64,000 nucleotides of DNA from Nitrososphaerota archaeon (GCA_028867755.1 JAGWFT010000001.1:740727-804726); one strand, 5' to 3'; shown: positions 1-7,230, counted from the first letter of the stretch. Notes: generated from the sequence alone by a model not told the origin. Translations and numbers: made by a program.

Positions 1-581
1 CCTAGTAACATTCCTCTGCGATAGATCCTACCTTTGCAAGATTCAGATATGGATCCAATTTGACCTTCTATATGGATAACACCTCCTGACATGTAAGTGC
101 CAACATGACCGCCTGCACTACCTTGTATTGTAATCTCACCTCCTGACATGTTATATCCGACGTAATATCCGGCACTACCTTGTATTGTAATCTCGCCTTC
201 TGACATACGTTCCCCAACATAATCCCCTACGTTACCTTGAAATGCAATTTTACCCTGTTTGAGTCTATAACCAATGCAATCAACAGGGCAACCTAGATTG
301 GGAAAGTCGAGCGTTACTATGTCATTCTTTTTTATTATCTTGTTTATTGCTGCTGAGATGAAGAGACCAGCAGTCCAGTAGTTTGCCTTGTCTGAGAAGG
401 ACTCTCTGTTTATCAAGCCTGCAAAAATTGACACATCGTTGAGGGTGAGGCCAAGTCTTTCAATCTTTGACGACGCGGATTTGTAAGACTCTTCAGAAGT
501 TAAACTGTTGGCATCAACAATGTATTCTCTGAAGATTTTGGCAATGGCGTATGTTATGTCGTTTGAGTTTTCTCTGGCCAC
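1..581 (-). CDS. GXGXG beta-helix protein (FwdC/glutamate synthase C-terminal-like) with an N-terminal helical domain; partial, runs off the window edge
   Basis: Manual translation from GTG 581 stays open to position 1: VARENSND...YWTAGLFISAAINK...VDCIGYRLKQGKIAFQGNVGDYVGERMSEGEITIQGSAGYYVGYNMSGGEITIQGSAGGHVGTYMSGG. Absent from the ORF track, presumably because no stop lies in the window. Confidence 0.8.
   Translation of the reverse strand, partial: MARENSNDITYAIAKIFREYIVDANSLTSEESYKSASSKIERLGLTLNDVSIFAGLINRESFSDKANYWTAGLFISAAINKIIKKNDIVTLDFPNLGCPVDCIGYRLKQGKIAFQGNVGDYVGERMSEGEITIQGSAGYYVGYNMSGGEITIQGSAGGHVGTYMSGGVIHIEGQIGSISESCKGRIYRRGMLL
121..207. repeat. 57-bp-period coding tandem repeat (19-aa GXGXG unit)
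   Basis: ccttgtattgtaatctc at 121-137 and 178-194, with similar continuations. Confidence 0.8.
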
Positions 582-727
582 ACATCATGGAATGTTTTGT
601 CCCTCTTTAGTTTTAATATCTTGATTTTCCATAGTCTTGTTTATTGTATACACAAACTAGCAAAAAATATACTGATAATGCCTGTAAACAAGAGCAACAA
701 TATTAGCCACATCTACGTATCACTCCG

Positions 728-1144
728 ATGTTCCAAAACATACTGGTCGCAGTGGATGGTTCGGAATCTGCAAGTAAGGCATTCAAAAGAGCCGCCTACC
801 TTGCTCAAAGATGCAATTCCAAGATAGATTTGGTTCATGTGGTACAGTGCGAGGTTGGAGGTGACAGTGCCAATACCTTTGAGATGATAGAGGATCTCAA
901 AGACAAGGCCAAAAGAATGCTTGAGGAATACAGAGTTGAGGCTATGAAAAATAATGTACCGATACAGATAACCATAATGCAAGGCGATCCTGCCAAGACA
1001 ATAATTGAGATTGCAAAGGCAAAAAGTTACGACCTTATCATTATGGGGACAAGAGGTAGGTCATCTTTTCAGGAATTGTTAATTGGCAGCGTCTCACAAA
1101 AGGTGATGCATCATGCAAGCTGTCCCGTAATGGTCGTGAGATAG
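728..1144 (+). CDS. Universal stress protein (UspA family)
   Basis: NILVAVDGSE start, G-D-P-A, IIMGTRGRS...LIGSVSQKV...CPVMVVR motifs. Confidence 0.95.
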   Translation: MFQNILVAVDGSESASKAFKRAAYLAQRCNSKIDLVHVVQCEVGGDSANTFEMIEDLKDKAKRMLEEYRVEAMKNNVPIQITIMQGDPAKTIIEIAKAKSYDLIIMGTRGRSSFQELLIGSVSQKVMHHASCPVMVVR

Positions 1145-1220
1145 CATAATTTTAGAGATAAAGTCTTACAGGATCAAGAGTCTGCATTAAAATCAGACTT
1201 TCATAACCACATTTCTTTTG

Positions 1221-1511
1221 CTACTGCCAAGTTATCTTTAGGAATACCAGGGAGCCAGCAAGCTGTACTATGCGAACAATCAGAACAAACGGCAAGAGTG
1301 CAGCCTGATACAAGTCAAACATGACGAAGTATGTGTATACATTGATTGCATTATCTAAAAAGAGCATTGCAACAAAAAAGATCATTCCAAGGTGAACCTG
1401 TGATTTTGTTTTTGAATGCATCTTTACAAAGGTAGCAATTAGAACGCTGAATACTCCCATGTTTGCCATTGCAACAATGGCACAGTATGGAATAATTGTG
1501 ATCAAACTCAT
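1221..1511 (-). CDS. Small 3-TM Met-rich membrane protein of unknown function
   Basis: Three hydrophobic stretches; ends LVFLKITWQ; 12 bp downstream of the wHTH pair, same strand. Confidence 0.75.
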   Translation of the reverse strand: MSLITIIPYCAIVAMANMGVFSVLIATFVKMHSKTKSQVHLGMIFFVAMLFLDNAINVYTYFVMFDLYQAALLPFVLIVRIVQLAGSLVFLKITWQ

Positions 1512-1523
1512 TCACCCTGTAAT

Positions 1524-1943
1524 TTACTTGTCTCTGTACAAGTTTGCAGCAAGCTCATCAAAGATAGCAATGTTTACCTCAAGAAAAGTGGAAAGAAAAT
1601 AGGTTGTACCATACTTTTCACCCACGTGTGACACTAGGTTATTTTTTTCGAGAACTCCAATGTGATGCTGTATTGCCCTATAGTTTAGTTCAAGCTCTTT
1701 TGCAAGTTGGTGTGCATTGAGCGGTGACTTTTTCAATGCAAGAACCATTCTTATTCGGTTCTGACCTCCTCGAGAATTTGCAAATACCATCCATAGTAAA
1801 TTCTTTGCATAGGGTAACTCTGTGTCCTTTTGGTTCGAATCTTCTACAGTTCTATGATTGTGATATGATGATACAGTATCAAATGTGCGCATAGTGGCAT
1901 CTTTACGTGATAACATAAATACATTTTTCAAGATTGAGTGCAA
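1524..1943 (-). CDS. ArsR-like winged helix-turn-helix regulator (paralogue 2; start uncertain, TTG 1943 or a later ATG)
   Basis: PYAKNLLWMVFANSRGGQNRIRMV...NAHQLAKELELNYRAIQHHIGVLEKNNLV...GEKYGTTYF. Confidence 0.85.
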   Translation of the reverse strand: MHSILKNVFMLSRKDATMRTFDTVSSYHNHRTVEDSNQKDTELPYAKNLLWMVFANSRGGQNRIRMVLALKKSPLNAHQLAKELELNYRAIQHHIGVLEKNNLVSHVGEKYGTTYFLSTFLEVNIAIFDELAANLYRDK

Positions 1944-1946
1944 ATT

Positions 1947-2252
1947 CTATTCCTTGGCTCCATAGGCTTTCGACACGATTTCATTATATGCTTCTATATT
2001 GGCTTCAAAAAAGGTAGAAGGGAAATAGGTTGTACCATATTTCTCACCGACTTTTGTAATGAGGTTATTTTTTTCTAGTACCTCGAGATGATGCTGTATT
2101 GCCCTATAGTTTAATCCTAAATCATTTGCCAACTGGTTGGCATTGCGTGGAGACTTTTGTAATGCAATCATGATCTTGACTCTATTTTCTCCGCCTCTTG
2201 AGCTGGCAAAGATAAAAAAGAGAAGATTTTTTGCATATGGCAAGCTCGGCAT
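1947..2252 (-). CDS. ArsR-like winged helix-turn-helix regulator (paralogue 1)
   Basis: PYAKNLLFFIFASSRGGENRVKIM...NANQLANDLGLNYRAIQHHLEVLEKNNLI...GEKYGTTYF. Confidence 0.9.
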   Translation of the reverse strand: MPSLPYAKNLLFFIFASSRGGENRVKIMIALQKSPRNANQLANDLGLNYRAIQHHLEVLEKNNLITKVGEKYGTTYFPSTFFEANIEAYNEIVSKAYGAKE

Positions 2253-2337
2253 TTGAACGATTAAACGTCAACGTAATGCGGTTAAAGATGTTATGAGCAA
2301 GTGACCAAATCTTGTATTAAAAAAAGAAAAGGAAGGG

Positions 2338-3708
2338 TTAGGAAACGACTATGGTTCCACGCATCTGTGAATGGATCATACATGCATAATCGTATGTTCC
2401 AGGCTTGTTGAAAGTAAACGTGAATGTCTTTCCTGGTTTGAGGAATCCACTATCAAAGGTTCCATCCGCACTGGTAGTTCCTGGCTTGACTGATGTTACA
2501 GTATGTGTGGCACCATCGGTGTTCACAAAAGTTACAGTTGTTCCTGCCTTGATGTTAAGCACATCTGGCGTGAAGAATGGTGATTCCAAGCCATTGATGT
2601 ATACTGTGTTTGGTGGTGGATTGGCATTTGTGTCAGTTGTGGATGATAACGCACTTCCAGTTGGTTCTGAGACAAACACGTTAAAGTCTGTGTATGCCGC
2701 TCCCCACATGTAGTTTGAGAGAGCGCTTGGTTGAAGTTTAACATCCATAACATATGGCCCTGAACTTGGAAAAATCTCAGTCAATGACTCTACACCAGTG
2801 TGACCATGGACTGCTCCATTCATAGCAAGTGCTCCTTCGACTGGTGCAGATTGTGCTACAATGTAACCTCCAGTTGATGCAGTAACTTGCAGGTCAGGAT
2901 GTATAATCATGGAATGATCCTGAGCTTTTGTCACAGTAAAGACAAAAGTTACAGGCTGTCCTGCGACAATTTTGTTCGAGGTCGTGCTAAACTCTAAATT
3001 GACTGCAGTTCCTGGAATTGTTCCATTGAGTGTATGTGTCTGGTCTATGTTTTGCACATAAACTGGAAACTCAAACTCTCTTGCTCCAAAATTATTTTGT
3101 GGATCCTTGGCAAAGTCCTTTGGACTTCCAGATAGCATTGTATGAGTCCATCCTTTAGGAGTTGGTTCCAATCCGCCCATTGTAGTTCCAATTGATGATA
3201 CAGTCAGGTATACAGTACTTTCACCTGCTGTTGGAAAAGCTACACTAAAGCCCATGTTTCCAACGTGGGAATGTCCAGTTGTTGTTTTGTAGACAAGGTT
3301 TCCATTTGGATCTTTTACTGCTATTGCCCAATCAACATGGCTAAGCTTTGCTCCAGAGACTGAGTCTTTTACATGCATCTGGATTGAGGCTAGGTTATTT
3401 GTTTGAATCATTGGGGTCGCAGTAAAGTCTACTGTGACATTGTCAGATGTCTTTGATAGCGGCGTATTCTGTGTATCGCTGTCCTTCATTTCATTTGACT
3501 GGCCAGAGCTCATCGAATCTTGCCCATACATCATTGCTGTCATATCATGATGTGGTGCGGTCATCGAATTGTTGTCTGCAGTCATTGCACTGGCTTGCCC
3601 TAGATCTTGCATCTTGTTGTCATGCGACATAAGGTCAAGCGGTACAATCATTGCAAGTACAGCAACAGTTGCTATAACTATTGTTGTAATAGCTAAGTTT
3701 GTTTGCAT
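2338..3708 (-). CDS. Exported multidomain copper protein: Met/His-rich linker, two His-motif beta domains, C-terminal plastocyanin-like cupredoxin
   Basis: N-terminal hydrophobic anchor; C-terminal ATHTVT...YACMIHSQMRGTIVV gives type-1 Cu ligands H, C-x2-H-x2-M. Confidence 0.85.
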   Translation of the reverse strand: MQTNLAITTIVIATVAVLAMIVPLDLMSHDNKMQDLGQASAMTADNNSMTAPHHDMTAMMYGQDSMSSGQSNEMKDSDTQNTPLSKTSDNVTVDFTATPMIQTNNLASIQMHVKDSVSGAKLSHVDWAIAVKDPNGNLVYKTTTGHSHVGNMGFSVAFPTAGESTVYLTVSSIGTTMGGLEPTPKGWTHTMLSGSPKDFAKDPQNNFGAREFEFPVYVQNIDQTHTLNGTIPGTAVNLEFSTTSNKIVAGQPVTFVFTVTKAQDHSMIIHPDLQVTASTGGYIVAQSAPVEGALAMNGAVHGHTGVESLTEIFPSSGPYVMDVKLQPSALSNYMWGAAYTDFNVFVSEPTGSALSSTTDTNANPPPNTVYINGLESPFFTPDVLNIKAGTTVTFVNTDGATHTVTSVKPGTTSADGTFDSGFLKPGKTFTFTFNKPGTYDYACMIHSQMRGTIVVS

Positions 3709-3738
3709 GACATGGTTCTGCTTATAAAATTATATAGC

Positions 3739-3773
3739 AATATTTCAAAATCAAGTGTAAATTATATGCAAAT
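3739..3773. promoter_or_regulatory. 35-bp motif copy 1, upstream of the 456-aa cupredoxin gene
   Basis: aatatttcaaaatcaagtgtaaattatatgcaaat; 32/35 identical to 4501-4535; directly upstream of a TATA-like tatataat on the minus strand. Confidence 0.7.
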
Positions 3774-3933
3774 CTCTAGAATTGTTTTATGGTCGGGAAA
3801 GTAGTCAATTATTTGATGCTAGATATGAACAAAGTTATGCAGATTATTGATAGACCTTATTGTATAAAAAATTAAAAAAAATAACATGATGCTATTGCCA
3901 GCGTGATCTGCTGATTATATTGCGGCATCATAC

Positions 3934-4464
3934 TTAGTTGATTCTCGGAAGGACCACTATCTCGCCACGCATGTTTGGCTCGTGCATTGAACACCAAAAG
4001 TCGATTGTTCCAACATTGTCTGCTGTAAAGGTAATGGTTTTCATCTCTCCTCTATGAATGTCAAACTGGGGAGCAATTCCGTCTACAGTTATCATATGTT
4101 CTGGTCCCTGGACATCTACAAAGTTGAGAGTAACTTGGTCGCCTTGGTTTACAACAATTACTGAAGGTGCAAACATGTACTGCCTTACCTTCCATCCTCC
4201 CATACTATCTATTTTTTTTATTACCAAGCCGCCTCCAGAGGGAAGGGTTGAGTTTGGATATGGCTCTGACGGGTGATCGGAGGCTGGATAAATGCTGGTT
4301 ATACCATCTAGGTGGACTGTTGCTATGTAGAATGTCTTTTGTGACGCGGCAGAAGCCGTATTGGTTTGTCCGAACATTTGTCCTTCAAGAGAAACCGTGG
4401 CAATGACTCCAGCTATTGCAGCTATTGTCAGGCCAAGAATTACACTCTTGTTTAGATTTTTCAT
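3934..4464 (-). CDS. Exported single-domain cupredoxin (blue copper protein)
   Basis: Signal peptide; YMFAPSVIVVNQGDQVTL, EHMITVDG, FWCSMHEPNMRGEIVV (H, C-x2-H-x3-M). Confidence 0.85.
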   Translation of the reverse strand: MKNLNKSVILGLTIAAIAGVIATVSLEGQMFGQTNTASAASQKTFYIATVHLDGITSIYPASDHPSEPYPNSTLPSGGGLVIKKIDSMGGWKVRQYMFAPSVIVVNQGDQVTLNFVDVQGPEHMITVDGIAPQFDIHRGEMKTITFTADNVGTIDFWCSMHEPNMRGEIVVLPRIN

Positions 4465-4500
4465 ATAGTCAAAAAGTAATTTATTAGAAAGCTATTTAGT

Positions 4501-4535
4501 AATATTTCAAAATGATGTGTAAATTACATGCAAAT
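4501..4535. promoter_or_regulatory. 35-bp motif copy 2, upstream of the 176-aa cupredoxin gene
   Basis: aatatttcaaaatgatgtgtaaattacatgcaaat; begins 37 bp from the start codon (copy 1 is 31 bp). Confidence 0.7.
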
Positions 4536-4572
4536 TACCTTTTTATCACTAGTTGACAATGTTAGTTCAACA

Positions 4573-4590
4573 GTAATTTGCATGTAATTT
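4573..4590. promoter_or_regulatory. Inverted partial motif copy 3 (perfect 18-bp inverted repeat of 4521-4538)
   Basis: gtaatttgcatgtaattt is the reverse complement of aaattacatgcaaattac; followed by ttttgaaa and a TTTATG TATA-like box at about 4602. Confidence 0.7.
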
Positions 4591-4628
4591 TGAAAAATCT
4601 CTTTATGTTATTATGATATTAGAATCTC

Positions 4629-4677
4629 GGTTCGATTCATTTAACATGTTCTCAACCCCGTACGATTGAATCGAACC
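4629..4677 (+). other. RNA-like hairpin (11-bp stem, 27-nt loop) in the long leader of the repeat-protein gene
   Basis: ggttcgattca (4629-4639) pairs with tgaatcgaacc (4667-4677). Confidence 0.45.
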
Positions 4678-4815
4678 AACTAAAATTTTCAAAAATTCGA
4701 AATAAAACTATTATTTGTTTCCAGTAATATGTCGCATCATGCAGTTGTGATTTGTATAAAATTTGTATGTGAATTCGAAATATCGCTAAATAATAAATTT
4801 TTAATCTTGCTGTCA

Positions 4816-5475
4816 ATGACTAAAAAAATACTATTGGGAATTGCTATGGCAGCAATTGTGTTGGCCTTGGGGATAGGAACACAAAACTTTGCTCTAGCAA
4901 TGACAGACAATGCACAAGGTGGTGTTGCTAAAAATGTATCATCTCCAACATTTGTATCATCCACTGATTCCATGATGTTAGTGGCAACTTCGCCCACTGC
5001 TAAAGGCGGTAAGGCTACTTTCGCATTGGTACCAAGACCTGCTGAAGGGATAGATGGAATACCAGTTCCAAAACAAGCTGCACCTGATATGATACTGGTT
5101 GCAACATCAAATGGTAGACATATCAGTTATACGTTAGTACCAAGACCCATTGAAGGGATAGATGGAATACCACTTCCAAAACTAATTCAGCAGAACTCAG
5201 AGACTACAGTATCCTCTCCCAAATCTACTGATCCAAGTCCTATGATGCTTGTGGCAATTTCTCCTACTAAAAAGGGAGGAAGTACTACCTTCATGTTAGT
5301 GCCAAAGCCAGTCGAGAATGTAGATGGAATACCAATGCAAAAACAGACAAGTCCTGACATGATACTGGTTGCACAGCCATCGCCCAATGGCGGTAAGCCT
5401 ATCTTCACATGGATACCAAAACCTGTTGAAGGTATAGACGGTATACCACTCACAAAATCGCCTCCAAATAGCTGA
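4816..5475 (+). CDS. Secreted 219-aa protein with four internal repeats (M[MI]LVA...G...[FY]x[LW][VI]P[RK]PxE[GN][IV]DGIP), unknown family
   Basis: MTKK plus hydrophobic core plus ALA signal peptide from ATG 4816 (track start 4729 adds a non-signal-like extension); repeats start at 4972, 5089, 5242 and 5359. Confidence 0.85.
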   Translation: MTKKILLGIAMAAIVLALGIGTQNFALAMTDNAQGGVAKNVSSPTFVSSTDSMMLVATSPTAKGGKATFALVPRPAEGIDGIPVPKQAAPDMILVATSNGRHISYTLVPRPIEGIDGIPLPKLIQQNSETTVSSPKSTDPSPMMLVAISPTKKGGSTTFMLVPKPVENVDGIPMQKQTSPDMILVAQPSPNGGKPIFTWIPKPVEGIDGIPLTKSPPNS

Positions 5476-5505
5476 TCTCCTTCAGTGTAAAACCAGTGGA
5501 AAAAA

Positions 5506-5537
5506 TAAAACACGAAAGATCAATCTCTCGTGTTTTA
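5506..5537 (+). terminator. Hairpin downstream of the repeat-protein gene (terminator or operator)
   Basis: taaaacacga / tcgtgtttta 10-bp inverted repeat; a T-rich tract follows at about 5575-5584. Confidence 0.4.
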
Positions 5538-5701
5538 GAAAGGTAATGCACTAAAATGGTTGGAGTCCTCCCCTCTTCTTTTTAAATTTGGAACATACCT
5601 GAGATAACCTAGCTCAATCAACAAAACACTAATGGGTCTGAAATTATACTAAAAGACAATACAATGTCATTTCTTCAAATAAAAAAGGTCACAGATATCT
5701 C

Positions 5702-6757
5702 ATGACAGATCTTTATCGTGTACTGCCAGAGGAGGTAGACAAGCTTGTAACAAGTATGGAGCAGCCGCGTTATCGAGCAGATCAGCTACTCCACATGCTG
5801 TACAATGAGTTTCCAAAGGACATATCTTCAATGCGCCAGCTTCCCGCAGAGATGAGAAATGCACTATCTACGGCAGGATACACAATTGGGTCTGCAGACG
5901 AAGTTCACCGTGTTGTAAGCGAGGATGGGCAGACAACAAAGCTTCTTCTCAAGCTAGGTGACGGAACTCTTATCGAGACAGTACTCATGCAATATCGCAA
6001 GAATAAGGGGCGTCCAAGATCAACTGTATGCGTCTCAACCCAGGTTGGCTGCCAGATGGGTTGCACATTCTGCGCTACCGGGCAGATGGGTTTTGAGCGA
6101 AATCTCAAGGCAGAAGAGATAGTCGCCCAAGTATTGCACTTTGCTTCTGTTCTCAGAGAACGGGGAGAGCATGTCACCAACCTTGTCTTTATGGGGATGG
6201 GGGAGCCCCTGGCAAATTATACAGAAACTATCAGGGCAGTCAAACTACTGACAAATGCACGTGCGTTTGGTCTTGGACAAAGACACATTACAATTTCAAC
6301 AGTCGGTGTCATGAAAGAAATAGATCGGCTTGCAGACGAAGACCTGCAGATAGGACTTGCAATCTCTCTTCATGCACCAAACGACGAGCTGCGTAGAAAA
6401 TTAGTACCAACTGCAGGACCGCATTCGGTAGGAGACTTGATCTCAGCTACGCGAAGCTATTTCAAGAAGACAGGTCGTCGTGTTACATTGGAATATGCCC
6501 TGATAAACGGTGTTAACGACTCACCAGAGATTGCAGCAGAACTTGCGACACTCTTGAAGGGAAATGGGGCTCATGTTAATCTCATACCGGTGAATCCAAC
6601 TGCTGGTGGTTTTCAACGTCCAAGATGGAAACGCATAACAGAATTCGAGCGAATACTAAGGGAATCTGATGTGAATTGTACTGTAAGGGTGGAAAAAGGG
6701 TCAGAGATCTCTGCCGCCTGCGGTCAACTAAGGACAGACACAGCAAAGAATCTCTAG
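5702..6757 (+). CDS. rlmN: Radical SAM RNA methyltransferase, RlmN/Cfr family
   Basis: CVSTQVGCQMGCTFCATGQMG (CxxxCxxC), FMGMGEPLAN, ISLHAPN, NLIPVNP, C-terminal ISAACGQL. Confidence 0.93.
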   Translation: MTDLYRVLPEEVDKLVTSMEQPRYRADQLLHMLYNEFPKDISSMRQLPAEMRNALSTAGYTIGSADEVHRVVSEDGQTTKLLLKLGDGTLIETVLMQYRKNKGRPRSTVCVSTQVGCQMGCTFCATGQMGFERNLKAEEIVAQVLHFASVLRERGEHVTNLVFMGMGEPLANYTETIRAVKLLTNARAFGLGQRHITISTVGVMKEIDRLADEDLQIGLAISLHAPNDELRRKLVPTAGPHSVGDLISATRSYFKKTGRRVTLEYALINGVNDSPEIAAELATLLKGNGAHVNLIPVNPTAGGFQRPRWKRITEFERILRESDVNCTVRVEKGSEISAACGQLRTDTAKNL

Positions 6758-6873
6758 TCTATCCTACGATTTTTTCTGCACATAGATTATTGATATAATT
6801 ACGTTATGGCTTGCTCGAGGCCAGAGCAAGATGATATCAATGAGAATTTATTCTCCTCCATTCAAAACTAATC

Positions 6874-7155
6874 ATGCATAAAGATAGAGGAGTCTGTAAG
6901 GGTCTCTGTAAACAGTACAAGGTTAGAAAACCAAGAGATGGAACCAGCCGTTATTTGTCAGATCAGGTGAGATGTCAGATTTGTGGAATTTTTATGGCAA
7001 GGGAGGGATGCCACGATATCGAAGAAAAACCTGTGACTAGTGAAACCGTAGGCCTATATTGTAATTGTTGCAACTGCATGGTAAGATCAAAACCACGAAA
7101 CAAACCAGGCATGAAAAATCCTCAAAACGATTCACCAGAAAAATATCAAGAATAA
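6874..7155 (+). CDS. Small Cys-rich zinc-binding protein
   Basis: CKGLC...RCQICGIF...CNCCNC..RSKPRNK; pattern recalled from Nitrososphaerota small proteins. Confidence 0.7.
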   Translation: MHKDRGVCKGLCKQYKVRKPRDGTSRYLSDQVRCQICGIFMAREGCHDIEEKPVTSETVGLYCNCCNCMVRSKPRNKPGMKNPQNDSPEKYQE

Positions 7156-7230
7156 AGACATTCCAAATATTTTGATACTTAGATGTGAACTTGTTCTCCA
7201 AATTTATGTTGCCATTAATTTTTAGGTATC

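Noticed and set aside
240-310. Apparent frameshift between the N-domain and the GXGXG repeats
   Set aside because: Base-by-base re-reading gives a continuous frame (DFPNLGCPVDCIGYR).
4629-4639. GGTTCGATTC resembles a tRNA T-arm (possible att site or tRNA relic)
   Set aside because: There is no acceptor or anticodon arm and no integrase. It does not match the 3' ends of the two tRNAs in the window, and it is explained as one arm of a local inverted repeat.
4729-4815. N-terminal extension of the repeat protein in the ORF track
   Set aside because: It buries a clear signal peptide starting at ATG 4816 and overlaps a TATA-like tract.
4816-6757. RiPP cluster: repeat protein as precursor, radical SAM as maturase
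   Set aside because: The rSAM has all RlmN hallmarks and no SPASM or RRE domain. The genes are separated by 226 bp with a hairpin and T-tract, and the precursor has a Sec-type signal. Kept only as a minor alternative.
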